Shown here: positions 13,610-27,241 of the stretch, piece after piece
How the letters are laid out: the number at the start of each line of letters is the position of its first letter
How positions within the stretch are numbered: the first letter of the stretch is position 1
Source: Phoronis australis
Taxonomy: Eukaryota > Animalia > Phoronida
Assembly (NCBI GenBank): GCA_002633005.1
Contig: NMRA01000303.1
Location: 310,706-374,705, forward strand
DNA: 64,000 nt
Direction of reading: 5' to 3'
Notes under the pieces: generated by a model
What the model saw: the letters and a program-made list of their open reading frames with translations, nothing else
What the model was told of the DNA's origin: nothing
Database searches by the model: none
Program-made: the position numbers and the translations under genes

Positions 13610-14105
13610 ATGTCAGACTATTGCCACACATAGCCTCACACCAAATTACCTTACTACTAAATTCAAGGCAGTCATAGATTCTCACAATTACAATACTAGA
13701 GCGAGTGTTTCTGGCTGTCTGGTACTAGATAAACCTAAAACAATTGCGGCAAAAAAAAAACTGCCTACAGAGGTGCTGTCGCTTACAATGGGCTGGGAAC
13801 TGCTGTTGCAAATGCGCCCAATGTCCACGTCTTCAAACAGAAATAATGGGAATTGAAGTACTGGGACTTGGTGCATGGCTCAGGACTGTAGGCCTCAGCT
13901 CATCATTATTTTACTCTATTTTATCTTTTTTATTCATCTAATTGTACATATTAACTATTTTTTTATACCAATTTATTTTATTTATTAATCTTTTGAATCT
14001 AATTTTACATATCTCTCTGAATTTTACTTCATGTAATTATTTCTCACTTTGCCCACTTGATAATGGGTGTATTCACTGAAGTGGTCACCTAGTCTTTTAA
14101 ATAAA
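13610..14105 (+). mobile_element. 3' end of a CR1/L2-group LINE (5'-truncated)
   Basis: PNYL...HNYNTR...KPKT then frameshifted YRGAVAYNGL...FKQ, typical of the ORF2 C-terminus; AT-rich 3'UTR ending in aataaa. Confidence 0.65.
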
Positions 14106-16091
14106 TGAGTATAGCTAGTGTGGGCTTGTGCTTTGCTTGCAATGTGTTGTGTGATTTTTGGCGAGATTCACATATTTACGGAATGCAGCCCAGGTACAAC
14201 GCAAAAGTACCTACAGCAACTTTTCATCAATTTCCCACACAATTTTTCAACATAAGTTCATGTTTCTGTTGGTTACTTTGCTGCAAATAAGGGAACTTGA
14301 CCAAATGCTGTTTTTTTTTCGCATTTACACAGTACAAAATGGTAATTCTTGACTTAAAATTGCGTAACATTTGTTTTTGTTGACAAATTTATCAAAACAA
14401 AATTTCACCAGACTGGTGTGGTAATCAGTTGAAGAATGGTATTGTGGATCTTATCATCTACCAAATGACAGTGGGGGCAGTTGACTGCACAAAGCACCCT
14501 TGTGGTACAGGTGCTACCCCTGGCTTTCAGTTGAAGGCCTTGTTGAGTGGGGGAGTGATGAACAAAGGCTCCAGTAGTGGATTAGAGTGAGGTGCACTTG
14601 TGTTGCCAAGCCCTGCTGTGTTCTCACCTGTTCTAGTCAAGCATTGTGTGAAATTTTAGAAGGCTCTATTCAGGTGGGTGAGTGACAGGCAGTCAGTCAC
14701 CACTTGAAATTGACACTTGTAGGTCAGCTGTTTCTGACTGTTTTTTCCTCTAGGTTATTAGAAACTGTTTTTGCAGTAAGCTGTGAAAGAGTTGCTTACT
14801 TGGGATAGACTGAACTAACCTAATGGTCTTGTCATACTTTGTGATACAAATGTGTCATTTCTTTGAAAATTCTGATCACCATTCTATTGGAATTGTTTCA
14901 ATTATTAACTAGTCAAAAAGTGGTGTAATATGATGACACATGGCTGGCGACTGACAAAATAGCTTGTTTTTTCTGGTTCACTTAACGCCAATGTTGTTTC
15001 TGTGGTCTTGTTTGTGTTGGCATTAAGTATGTCTGTGGCCTGATTGACACTTAGGCTGAACAGACCAGAAGCAGCAGCTCATTGTGTGTGACACTTGTCA
15101 ACAAGGATTGGCTTGGCAATGCTGGCATGACATTATCCCATTAGTCAACTCCTGTGTCAGTCTAGTGCCAGTCCTACATCACTCTGGCTGTGACCTTAGA
15201 CATTCAGTGGCATTTCACTAAAGTGCTTCCATGCATGTGGATGTCAAGTTGTGTCTTGCTGTCAAGTCTCCTCGGGTAGTGGTGTGTGCATCAGTATGCC
15301 AAAGGAGTTCCAACATTTGACAACGGAAAAGACATTCCAGCTCTAGTACATTAGTCGTTTTTGCTTGTTTTTTACTTGTTCTATTTTTCTATTTATTGGA
15401 TCTATGTGCAATATTGCCTACATTCACTGCTTGCGTTTATCTCACGAGGTATGGTATGAATATTTTGGGTTGACAGAATTGTGAAGTTTTGAAGCTACCT
15501 GTTTAACTAGAGATGATACGTTGTTTCTTTGAAATTTTCTGCCTGGTCATAATGTTGCTAACTTAAATCTGTCAGACACCAGAGGAACTACAGTATTACA
15601 AGATGAGATTGGAAAGTGGTGTGTGACAAGGTTAATTCACCGTTGAATTGATGAGCCCCATTAGCTTATGACAAACAACTTATTAGTAATTAGCAGTGAT
15701 TGTTGCACCTGAAGAGAATCAGCAAAATTACCATTTAATGTTAATTTATTGATCGCATTTCTAAAGATATTCTTGGCCTTGTGGCCTTGTCTTGTGACGT
15801 TTTGACATGTTCAGCTACATACCAAGAAGGTGCTCTAAGGTTTGACGTGGGGGTATGTTCTAACAAGGGTTTTACTTTTTATTCTGTTACTGCCGTCGCA
15901 TTTAGTTGTGATATGTGCCAGTTTTTCTTCAGCTGAGCTCTGTCTGGGTTTATAGCGATACTTGGCTGAGCTGAAAGTTGGGCTTGTTCTCAAACTCCGT
16001 TGTTTATTTTCACTCAGGAAATTAACTGGCTTTGGAGTTATGTTAACCGTTGACTAGTCTTAAAAACTTGTGAACATTTGTTTATTTCCAG

Positions 16092-16160
16092 GACTGGTGT
16101 AACCTTTACTGATCTACTTGTGGAGAAAGGGCTGTGGGCTTGTAACCCTAAGTAAACAAG
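16092..16160 (+). other. Candidate internal non-coding 5'UTR exon (69 nt, no ATG)
   Basis: Strong acceptor tttgtttatttccag and strong donor AAG|gtaagc. Confidence 0.55.
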
Positions 16161-16306
16161 GTAAGCTACTGCTTTCGGAAATGCCAGTCTGAACATTTCA
16201 ATATCCCCTTCCAGACTAAGTGTGGGCTGTCAGTCTAATGTTTGGTTAGCTGTAGGTTTGTGGCTGAGCAATATCACTGATAAAGACTTGGTTGAAGTTT
16301 ACTATT

Positions 16307-16410
16307 TATATCCACAGGCACACTGCAAAATATATATCCACAGGCACACTGCAAAATATATATCCACAGGCACACTGCAAAATATATATCCACAGGCACA
16401 CTGCAAAATA
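16307..16410. repeat. 26-bp tandem repeat, 4 copies
   Basis: Unit tatatccacaggcacactgcaaaata. Confidence 0.92.
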
Positions 16411-19400
16411 TGCCTATCGCTAACTAGTTTGAATAAGAAACATTCTACGTATGACTAACATTGTGAGAGCATCTTAAGCTAAATCTGAATTTTAATTTTG
16501 CTAATCGGGACGAAGCGCACTTTATCTTGAAACGTTGGATGTTTATGTGCAAATCGTTTGAACATCCCGCTGCACAACATTGTCAATATGTTGACATGAT
16601 GGTGGCAAAGAATTTAGTTGAAAAAAGCTGGAGAATATCCCTCTGCATAAATCGACACAAGAATGCAGAATGATGTCCACCAGCTACCATGTGTGCCATC
16701 TATTGACTAGGCATATTTCATCACGTCACCAGTTTATGGGAAAGCGACCGTTGTGCACGAGACAGGTATTTAAACACAAAACTAGTCTTTTTTACAATGA
16801 TAATGCACTGACATCGTGTGCTGGATCTGTTTCTACTCAGAGACAGTGTGACAGAATGACTGAAACTCAGTTTTATATTTAGTAAAATTAAAATTTGACC
16901 TGAGATCTTGTGAGTAAAAGTGTCCTTGGATCAAGCTGAAACAAAAATGTGTTCATGAAGATGCGCGTGTGAGTAGCATTTGGACTTGCCGTTGGTAGCA
17001 TTGTGATGATGAGAGTGGCCATGGTATTTGGTGCACAACTGGGATGACTTGATTAGTTCAGAATAATTAAGAAAATGATTAGCAGATGTTGACACTATCC
17101 CCTTTGGTAGTCTCAATGGCAGTCTGTTGAGCCCTGGACTCTGGGTAACATGGGGAGTAGTTGTGTTAGTTTAGCTCAGAGTTGCCTTAGGATTTGTTAT
17201 TGGCCTGTTACACATATTGTGTGTGTGTGTGTGTGTGTGAGGGTTCCTGCTCATATCCACTACAGAGAGTGGTTGATTGGAAGGTCACCATTGAAACTAA
17301 CAGTTACGGACTGCCAGGATTGGAGCTGATGTCAAAAATATGCATGTTGTGTTTGTGAGACTAGCTTGACTTTGACTAAAGGAGAGAGTCCTTAACAAAC
17401 CCATTGTCAGGAATGATAGACTTGTTGACTAAGTCGCCAACTGGAATTTTTGTTGTATTTTGGCCACATATTGGTGATTTTAAGAATGTTCAGTTGATCT
17501 TAATCATTTATCGTTGTCGAATTCAACTTTCAGGGTTTCGCATTTTGAGAACCAGTTTGATGCCCATTATTCAATGGAGAAAACTGGTTCTCAAAATGTG
17601 GGATCCTAAAGTGATCGTCACTGTATCCAATTGTCACTCTTCACAAACTGGCACAGCTGTTGCTTGTAAGAAATAACTGCGCGATTGCTTGAAACAGTCC
17701 CATATAGAGGCTCAACTAAGTTATTTAAATCCACTGCGTTTTTGTCAACTTGTGAAGACACATAATTGCCCTTTCTCAAATTATTAAATTCAATAGTAAG
17801 TCGACTTTTGGCTTTGATACAAATTGAGTGTGAACTCAAGTTGAATTCTCAATACTATCGAAAATAAATAGAGTTCTTTTCATGCAACGCCTCTAAGTTA
17901 AGGACTAAGTCACCTTCATTTTCCTTGAACTCAGGGCTCAGTTTATAGGAAATGTTATTACATTAGTCAAAGAGGAGCTCATAATAAAGATGATGTTATA
18001 AAAAAGGTTACAACAGTTAGTAAGGAAAGACTCAAATATGCAAATGATGTAGGGAACTTAGTTGATTTTTTTGGGTTGTTTTTATACAACCGGGCACAGG
18101 TGCCCAAAAAGCAAGATGCAACTTGTAAGAAAAGTAGTGTGCATGAGATGAGAACACTTCTTTATACATATTAGGGTAAATACAATGTACAGTGAATTAA
18201 GCCCAGAAAGTGCTAGAAAATATTTTATTTTTGTGAAAGAACACTGTCAGTGAGAGTGTGGCTGGTGATCAGTTGATACTGTGAGTAGCAAAACCTGGCT
18301 CTGACATCCTTAGGAAGAAAGCTGTTGAAATTTCAAAACATCTCTGAACCAGTGAGTAATCACTTGACAATGAAGCCATTCAAACTGAACAGGCTTTCCA
18401 ACTGTGGCCTGCCCTTACATACTCCACCCTGATTGGCCAGTCTGCTACCACAAAGGATGTCATTTAGCATGTGTCAACATACTGAGTGAGCCATTTGTCT
18501 GACTGGGAACTCGCTGGTGAGGCCAGAACTGGTGCTAGATGTGTTCCTAGTTGGGTCATTCAGTTTTGAAAATTGCTCTACATTTCTTTGTTGTTATATG
18601 CAGATAAATTGATAGGACAGTTTAAGATCAATACAATAATTAAAAATGAAAAAAGTCACCAATGTAATGGGCAAGTAGAATTTTAATTTTGTCTTATTTC
18701 TGAACAAAAATGACTCGTGTTTTTTGTTTGTTGTCAGCTTGGTATGTACGGTACAGCCGTCACAAACAAAATTTAGTAAATTTGACAGCGTTCTTGATGC
18801 AATGTACTTTCAAACGGTTGATTTCTGCAATTATTTTTGTATTTGTCACAAATTGAAGAATGTTTGTCATAAGAAAGTACTGTATAAGACGTTATCATGA
18901 ACACAAGTGCCTAAAGTGTGAATGAATGACTTTATTATAGTTTGAGAGAGCTGTCCTCCGTTAAGTTAATCTATATTTGACTAAATAGCTCTTTAGTATA
19001 TTTTGTAAACAATGGAATGCTGAAAGCAGTGTGGAGTGTGGACACAGAAAATCACTGCTAATTACCTTCAATTTCCATTTTTATTAGTAAAACCTGCTGT
19101 AGACTGTTCTCATGCGTGTCAATGTTCAGAGAGGTCCTCTGAAATGCCAGCAATGATATCTCTCAAAACATTGACATATTTGACACAAGAATCTAATGGT
19201 TATCTGCATTCATGTACATGTCAGTTGGCATTGATTTATAGTGCATAACTGCTGGGTTATAGCTGGATCAGGTATGCACTGGTTTTGGCTGAACGCAGAG
19301 AATGTGCAATAAGTTACTACTCCTTATTGATTCTGTCTCTTTCCACTGAAATTGATAAAGTTGGTTTGAGCCAGGGACTCATCTTGCGGCCGACCTGGCC

Positions 19401-19815
19401 GTCCTTGGGACGGCTTTGGACGGCACGGCCAAGACGGAAAAAAGACTGCCTGTTCCAAGACAACCTCGGCGAAAATGAAGGCTAAACGAAGAGTTTTATT
19501 ATTTATTATTAATAAATTTTATTGAAACTTACAATTCATTGTTTAAGTTTGCTAAATATTAAGAAATAACTCGACATTAGGAACTTTTGCCGTCTATTTT
19601 TACTATAAATGTCACAATGACGATCGGCAAATTCTGGCAGCCATCTTTGGGGAATACCTTCCTATTCTGTGACGTCAAGGTGACTTCATACGGAATCCCC
19701 GCACGACCAGTGTTGAGAAATATTGCATCCAGCGCTAACTACCCATACATGGAACTTAATCTTTGAAATTGAAGAACCCACACCCGAAGTTCAAAGGATT
19801 TGCCATACCCCTAAT

Positions 19816-20300
19816 CAGGGCTTGGAATTTTCCGCGGAAACGCGGATTTCCGCCTTTTTTGAAATGTGCTTTCCGCTTTTTTTATAATATTTCCGCGTAA
19901 AAAAATCGGATTTGATATGAAATTTCCGCGGCAAATTCCTTTCTTACCGCGGCGTTGCAGACGACGTTCACCTCGGAAAGCGGAAGTCTTTATGTTTCGG
20001 AGGAACGTAAATTGTCAACATTGCCGGGGCATCTGGGTAAAGCGTGGTGTGATTTTCAATGGCGGCTCGTGTTATTGTTAAGCGCGGCGACAAATACTAC
20101 CGCTCTGCAGCCAAATTTGTGTGGGTTGGGAGTGGACGGGTGAGCGAAAAGGACACAGACACATGTTATTGATGGTGGTGACGTTTTTTTTTTTTAGTCC
20201 TCCCGATTTTTGTCGCGGACCATTTCAAAGGCTGGTTATCGGGCATCATTTGGGCCGTAAAAGTTTCCGCGTTTTTTGTCATTGGTCATTCCAAGCCCTG
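19816..20300. mobile_element. hAT-like MITE with 6-bp TSD
   Basis: 12-bp TIR CAGGGCTTGGAA/TTCCAAGCCCTG, cctaat on both flanks, internal ttccgc/gcggaa repeats. Confidence 0.85.
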
Positions 20301-21683
20301 CCTAATGCTAGTTGCCGACGCGGAAGTTGAAGCGGCACTCGATGTATTCGACGGAGCAGCCAATTTGAAATAGCTGAGAACGTACACTTCGAAAAAAATG
20401 ATACCCGCCGAAATTGTAGCATTGACCTGCCCGGCGTACCAAATGCCATCAATGTCGTTGAACATACAAACCAGATAAAACTTAGCGCAAACTTCCATAG
20501 TTTGTTCGCATAGTTCCGTTGCAACTCGAACGAATGAATGAAAAAAATATCAAAAAATCCGCACGGCCGAACGACTTGTATTGATGTGCGAGAATGCAGT
20601 GCAAACTTTACGAGAAAAAATGTGGTGTGTAATGTTGGTTACGTATTCATTGGCTAACTTAGTATGAAAGTAAATGCCTCGAAATAGTTCAACTTTTGTG
20701 GAATTACATGATTATTGGGAGATTCGACTTTATCCTCTGTGTGTAGCACTGCATGCCGTATATGGAAAAAGTAGGTCAGCCAGTCACGTGCACAGCACCT
20801 GTTACTTCGGCCGCAAACCAGGCCAGGGGATTTGACTCTTAAACTGCGAGAAAAGAATGGTTCTTTTTAAGAATAAATTTCTTGTAGCGTACTGTGAAAG
20901 ACTGTGATTGACTTTTGACCTGGTAAGTTTCAATTCAACAAAGCGTCCACTTATAATGCACTGCAAAAGACGTTAACAACTACAATGTCCCCGGCGACCA
21001 CTGGCGACGCTTGTAGCCAAACGACGTCACGGTGAAATTTACGAGTAAAGCGCTCTGAAAAACGTTTAGACACGTAAAGATATGAATGCCAAATTCAAAC
21101 ACGGAGTTTCGACGTTTTTTTTTTGGTCACGATCCTTTACGAAGCCAAGTCTGGGTATACACGCGCGAGTGCACATACGTCGTCACTCCTATTTTCCAGC
21201 AGAGATTTTCGCCCGTGTTGAGCACTGGTGGTACTGAGTTGTGAATTTGTGGAGGATATGGATATTATGGTCTTGTTTTTGTATACTCGTGAATTGCAGT
21301 GCTGTGCGATGTAATGAAACGTAGACATGTACTCTAGGATGTATTTCTTCGTGTCCTTTCGAATGCAAGTTCATTGTCTTCTCATAATTCTAAATGGTTT
21401 CTCAACTGCATTAAAGTAATACACTTCTCTTTTGAGAGCTTCAAGATACATTGAGTCCTGTATTCATGCTGTGGATTATCTGTCTAACATGCAACTCTAC
21501 ACAGATTATCGTACTAAAAAGATTTACAGATCTTGATTTTTGCAGTCTAGTGACAATACACACATCCTGAATGGAACAAACCTCCTAATTTTTGTTTAGT
21601 TTCCCTATATGCCGTCCTTTGAACAAGAAAAAGACATGCAAATAAGATGCAAGGAAATGACCTTTTTTATGTTACAATTTTTC

Positions 21684-22704
21684 CTCGGCTGGCTCGCAAT
21701 CGCCGATAGGTCAACTTGAATTCTTGAATAAATATATAGTTTCGACTCGGCAAATTACCTGAAGTTCTCAAGTTTTCAAAATAGCGTCCCTAAGACTTTT
21801 AAGTTCATGTGGAGGGATTAACTGCATATTAAGTCCAGATCTGCGCTATATTGTACTCCGGAACGAGAGAAAAATCTGGACGAACACGCATGTTGTCACG
21901 TGATGTTTCTTTTGAAGTTCATCTGCGTATTGTGTGAGTGAGCGAGTGCATGGTTGTCATCAGAGTTCATTTGCCAGAGTAAACGCGATGTAACGATCTA
22001 GGTGTGTATTGTAACTGAGGAAATTAACACATGCAGTAAATCAGAACATGTTTTATTTAGCACTTGTTGATCTCATCTGCTAAAAAATGTAAAAGAATTG
22101 TCTCGATAAGGCCGATGTCATTAAGTCACCGGGTGACTGGATACGTGACAGTCTAACAGTTATTTTTCGGGAGACTGGAGGTGTAAGGGTGAGGAAGTGT
22201 TCACTATCAGTGAGTCATATTGACTTTAAAGGCATCAAGTACGACTAATTTAATAGTCCCCCCCCGTAAAAATAATGCAAACCTTTTTTAGGGTATTAGA
22301 AACTTTCGGAAATAAGTGTCAGTATTTATTTCTTGCTGATGCTGTGCTACCTGTTTCATGAATACTTAGTTCCCAAAGACTAATCTTGAATGACAACTAC
22401 TTGAATGCAGCGTGCGCTTCCTGGCCACGTGCTTTTAACTGAACTAAGGTCAAGCTTTTATTAGTCTTCGATTCGAGCTTGCGTTCTTTTTGAAGTACGG
22501 CGGAAGTTTGAAGTGTATAGTCACGACTAAATACCGACAACAATGAGGCTCGTGGTCTACAAATTCCGCGCACAATGATGATTTTCTCTGGTCTGAACCG
22601 TAGGTAAGGCATTTTCCGCATGGACTGGGCGCTTATTTTAGCAAAGTCTAAAAACGCGTGGGGGGCGCTTATAGGGGCATGGGCGCTTATTAGGGCGAAA
22701 ATGG
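21684..22704 (-). mobile_element. Diverged, truncated inverted copy of the 12088-13532 pogo-like element
   Basis: Ends ggggggcgcttataggggcatgggcgcttattagggcgaaaatgg|ta, the reverse complement of that element's left end; 21890-21980 matches the reverse complement of 12935-13025. Confidence 0.85.
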
Positions 22705-23079
22705 TAGCAATGGTCGCTATGCAGCTCTAGAAGAATGTCCTGGTCGCTTAGCCGAAAATTGATGTTGAAAGACGCAAACGATGAATTGAAATGAACTGTG
22801 GGGATGACAACATGAGCAACTGAACCTGGCAGTCACTTGATCACTCGGGAAGCTGAACATGGATATATTTTTCCAAGGTATGTACTTTCCATTTTTTTGT
22901 TTTGTTTATTTTCAAGAATCAATAACACTTTTGTTATTGATATATGTGGCGTTCAACTGTACTTTCTAAAGTTTACGCAGATTTGATCGTCATTGCGTTA
23001 CTGAACTCAATGGCTTATTTGAGCTGCTGTCAGGAAAATATAATAAACAGTTGAATTGATTTTTGTTGGAAACCTCTCG

Positions 23080-23150
23080 TTTATACATGAACAGGTAGTT
23101 TATACATGCACAGGTAGTTTATACATGCACAGGTAGTTTATACATGCACC
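23080..23150. repeat. 19-bp tandem repeat, about 3.5 copies
   Basis: Unit tttatacatgcacaggtag. Confidence 0.85.
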
Positions 23151-23190
23151 TGTGTAGTAAGAAGCAGTGCATTATGGAGATCAGTCTTAA

Positions 23191-24182
23191 AGGTGTAATA
23201 CACCTGGGTTTTGCATCGCAGACTTTGCATTGGACCACTTGCTGCCACAAAATTGGCCTCGTTTTGCTCTTTACCGGACTAGAAGTGATCTCTGGGAAGG
23301 GTGTAGAACTGACTGATCCTTATTGCCCAAGGTCATGGTTTACAGGTTTGCTGTCGTGATCCAATATTTCATCTAATTATAGTACAAATGCAGTGTTCTC
23401 CAGGACCAGTTTAACTTTTGCTGCGTCGAGAGTTTGAAAAGTGTTGCGACATGTTAAAACTTTGGCTGGCTTGGCACTTATGCCCTCAAAATCAACAATG
23501 AGGGTGAAGTAGCCAATGTAAGCCATAGTTCCTACTTCATATATGACCTAATTTTTGTAATAATTGAGTATAAATTATTGCTTAAAAAATCTAAATAAAT
23601 TCCTTTTCTAACATCATTTTATGGTGTCAGGTACCTTACCTTAATAATTGACAAGCGAGCAGTATTATTTTAACTTTTAAAATTTTGCACTTAAACCTGT
23701 AAATTAACAATTTGATATGCTTAATTTAAAGGATTTTGATTTTGACTGACATCTGGTGGCGAATTAGAACTTATTCAACTGGACAACAGGTGTCCCTAAA
23801 TTCTAGGTCACATCATTAGTAGTATTTAATAAGTAGAATTGATAATAGAATTGAAATTTTTATTATTAAAGGAACTTATAACCTTTAGTTTGATTTTCTG
23901 AGTCTGTCAAATGCTTTGGAGGAATTGTGGTGAAAAATTGGTAGGAAAGTCAAAAGGTAGGTCACACCAGTTCAGTGTACACTTTTAAAACATAATATAT
24001 AAATACACAGTGACCATGTTCTTAGGGAATGAACAGTGATTACTACTAAACAAAATATTTGTGTTGAGTTTGGAATTTTTGTTGTGGGGGACACTGAAGT
24101 GAAATTGAGACCAGACTAAACGATTTGTGGTGTAATGCAAAAGTTGGTATTTTTGGATGCCAAAACTGGGCGTGTCGCACCT
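23191..24182. mobile_element. Old Kolobok-like non-autonomous element
   Basis: TTAA|AGGTGTAATACACC...GGGCGTGTCGCACCT|TTAA, with an imperfect ~27-bp TIR. Confidence 0.65.
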
Positions 24183-24534
24183 TTAACTACGATATATCAT
24201 AGATATATCATCGAAGTAAAGGTTTGTGATATGTTGTGAAATATTATGTCATGTTGTGGCATTGCATCTTTTGTATTTACATGATTGACTGGTTTATTTG
24301 GCCCTTGCAAAAGTGTCATTCACTTACTATTGGAGCACAAGTGTGTCTGAGACAAAAGTACAGAGATATCATATCAGGATACTACTTCTGATCAGACAAC
24401 GACAATTATTTTACCTGCATTTTTGCAATAATCACTCAGGTCGGATTCTACTCATGTTTTGAAATATTTCTATTCGACAGAAATGTTTATTTTCGTAAGA
24501 GTGATTGGCTTATATTGATTAACCAGTCGAGATA

Positions 24535-24905
24535 AAACATTTGAGATGAGTGACACAATTGTCAACCCCTATTAGTGTATTGAGTAATCTAACGGGAGAG
24601 AACAGGTGTCCACTGTTTTCAAATTTATCTTGTTTTATCACTAAACACGATTAAAAGACATATTATGCTGAAATGAATTCACGTTCAAGAAATCATAACT
24701 TTTAACTGAAACCAAAATATTTCATTTGAGATGAGTGGGACAATTATCAACCCCTATTAGTGTGTTGAGTAGTTTAAAAGGAGGGAGCAGCTGTCCAGTG
24801 TTTTCAAATTTATCTTGTTTTATCTCTAAACATGATGAGAGGCCAGATTACGATAAAATGAATCAACGCTCAAGGAATCGTAATTTTAACTGAAACCAAA
24901 CTACT
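24535..24905. repeat. ~185-bp tandem duplication, 2 diverged copies
   Basis: catttgagatgagtg...aacccctattagtg at ~24538 and ~24723. Confidence 0.85.
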
Positions 24906-25017
24906 TCTTGTGAATGTTTTCATTTCACGTTGATTTAACACTTCAAAGATGAAAACCAGTGGAACCGAAAATCCAACGTTCCATTATGACAAGCTTACAC
25001 CAGTGCGCCCTCCCCCN

Positions 25018-25165
25018 TAATCATTACAATGTGTGTGTCCAAACTTGAAAGGTTCCTATTGACAGTGGGCGTCCAAATGATACATTGGGCGTCCTTGCCA
25101 GGGCGTCCATATTAGTGCTGGGGCGTCCATTTGGACGCCCAGGACGTACGCTGCATGAAGGCCTG
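25018..25165. mobile_element. Right end of a second copy of the 7827 hAT MITE; left part lost at an assembly N
   Basis: Matches 8173-8308; cctccccc appears both before the N (25009-25016) and after the terminal ggcctg. Confidence 0.85.
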
Positions 25166-27241
25166 CCTCCCCCAAAACCTCAGGATGCAACTGACCATTC
25201 CAAGAAGAGAACAGACAATTCACGGAAAAAAGTTAAAATACCGTTTCATACTCAGGGGCAGGTGTTAAATTTTACAATTACAGGGAAATTCACACAATAT
25301 TTAGACGCATCCCAAATCAGACACGTGTTGTTAAGTGCAGAGTTGACCACAAGATCGCATGCTAGTTGCCAGGTTTAAGTTAGATTTTACAATAAGACGA
25401 ACAACATAAATTGTGTACAATTTATATAAGTCACAAAGCACTGGATATTTGGTACGAAGTGACAATTGCACCAACGTTCATACAGATGAAGGAGTTCAAC
25501 AAAATGTCAGTAATGTCATTACTGAGGGTACATTCAACAGAAGTAAAGTAGACTACAAAACTAACTAGACACCGGAATTGTTGGTAGAACGAAACGGCGT
25601 ATGGAATTTTATTTTTTATTTTCTAGTTTCGCAATTTTCACGTACTTTTCCATCTAGGCAAGCGTCTAGAGACGGTAAATTTGGATTCACAGCTTGTCTG
25701 CACTCGTGAACATGATTTCCTGTTCAATTACTGTACATGTTATGAGTGCCACTTTCATAGTATTTACATATGAGGCTACAGCAGATGTGGAACTTGCAGG
25801 GTTGATGACACTTGCAATAAACAGTGAAGGCTGCCTGTCTGAACATTAAACTGACAAAGCATGATGGAGCAATTCTAGCCTTTTCTCCAGTGACGTTCAT
25901 GTCTGCCTGTGACTGCTTCGACTCCTGAGGGTGGTAATGCAGAGTCTGTCATCTTAGACAAATTCAAATCATCACATTGTTGACTGTCACTAGTATCATG
26001 TGTTACATTAATTAACGGCATCTGAAAAAAGATGTGTACAGGTACAGACTATCAGGTTTGTGATGTTTATAGCTGCTTTAACTCGTACATTTTCAGGTTC
26101 AAAATCACTGGACATGCTAGCTGCAGCACCAGAAATCAAGACATGCACAAGAGAAAGGTGCGGAACGGATTCTCATTAATAAGCAACTGAGGCATGATTT
26201 GAGAGGTGCTTGGGCTGAAACAAAGAAGCAGGATTCATCGAATTAACAAACAATGTAGACATAGACATTGCTACTCTGTTGAGAAACACAGGGTGAATGG
26301 AAATAAGACTAACATTGAGCATTAGTCAAGTTTCAGTTATGAGTGCAATTTTTATTTTTTTTTGTGCCAGATGGTGCCTAGAGCCCTTCATTTGTATGAG
26401 GAAGACATTGAGCATTAAAGCCATTCTACTAATAGGCCATTTCTTATTAGCACTTGTGAAACTTTTGTTCAATTTTGAAGTCCTTAACCTGGACAATATT
26501 TTCAATATTTCACAAGAGGCAAGTTGTACTAAATTTGCGTAATTTAGGCATCATATTGAGCTTAGCATTCAGGAGAATAGGGTAATAAATCTACTCCTTA
26601 GAATACCTATTTCACACAATGTCCAGGTTGGTTGTTTTCATTTAGTTTTGGTCTCAAGCTGTAGAGTTGTGTTGTAAGGCAAATTATCATTGCTTGTTTC
26701 CTATGGTTATGGTCCTGTCGGAATGTTGTTTTTAGCTTAACATCTTATTTTATCTTATTTTGAAGTTGCCCGTTGTTACCTGCCAATGTAGGGCTCGACA
26801 TATCTTCAATAGAAACGGTGTTTTTTCTCTTCACTCAAAGTCCTAACGAATGCATAAATACACTAAAAGTGAGTTGCATGTAATACTCACATGATACGCT
26901 AAAGCATACCCTACATGTTGACCATGGTCAGTGTTCTTAACTTGATCAGTAACTTAGCCAGATAGGACAGCGGACAATTGGCCTGTGCTTGTTAAAGGCG
27001 AAGGCAACCTTTTTTCATGTCATTTTTAGCAAAAATAAGGTTCGTTGGTTGTCCCAGACATTTTCAACTTAATTACAGCTTTTCGTAATTTAATTAAATA
27101 TTCGTTCTCTACTCCGGAAGTGACGTTTTGGGAGGCAAGCATTTCGCGCCAATTTCTATTCATACAGTCTGACTATGAGAGCTGTCCAGTCAGTCATTGA
27201 TCTACCTAGTTTGTGATAAGTTCGGTCGTCGTTTGCTTTTG

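Noticed and set aside
19372-21460. Large hAT-like element with CAGGGACTCA/TGAGTCCTG ends
   Set aside because: Imperfect TIR and no TSD; boundaries unsupported although the region looks TE-derived.
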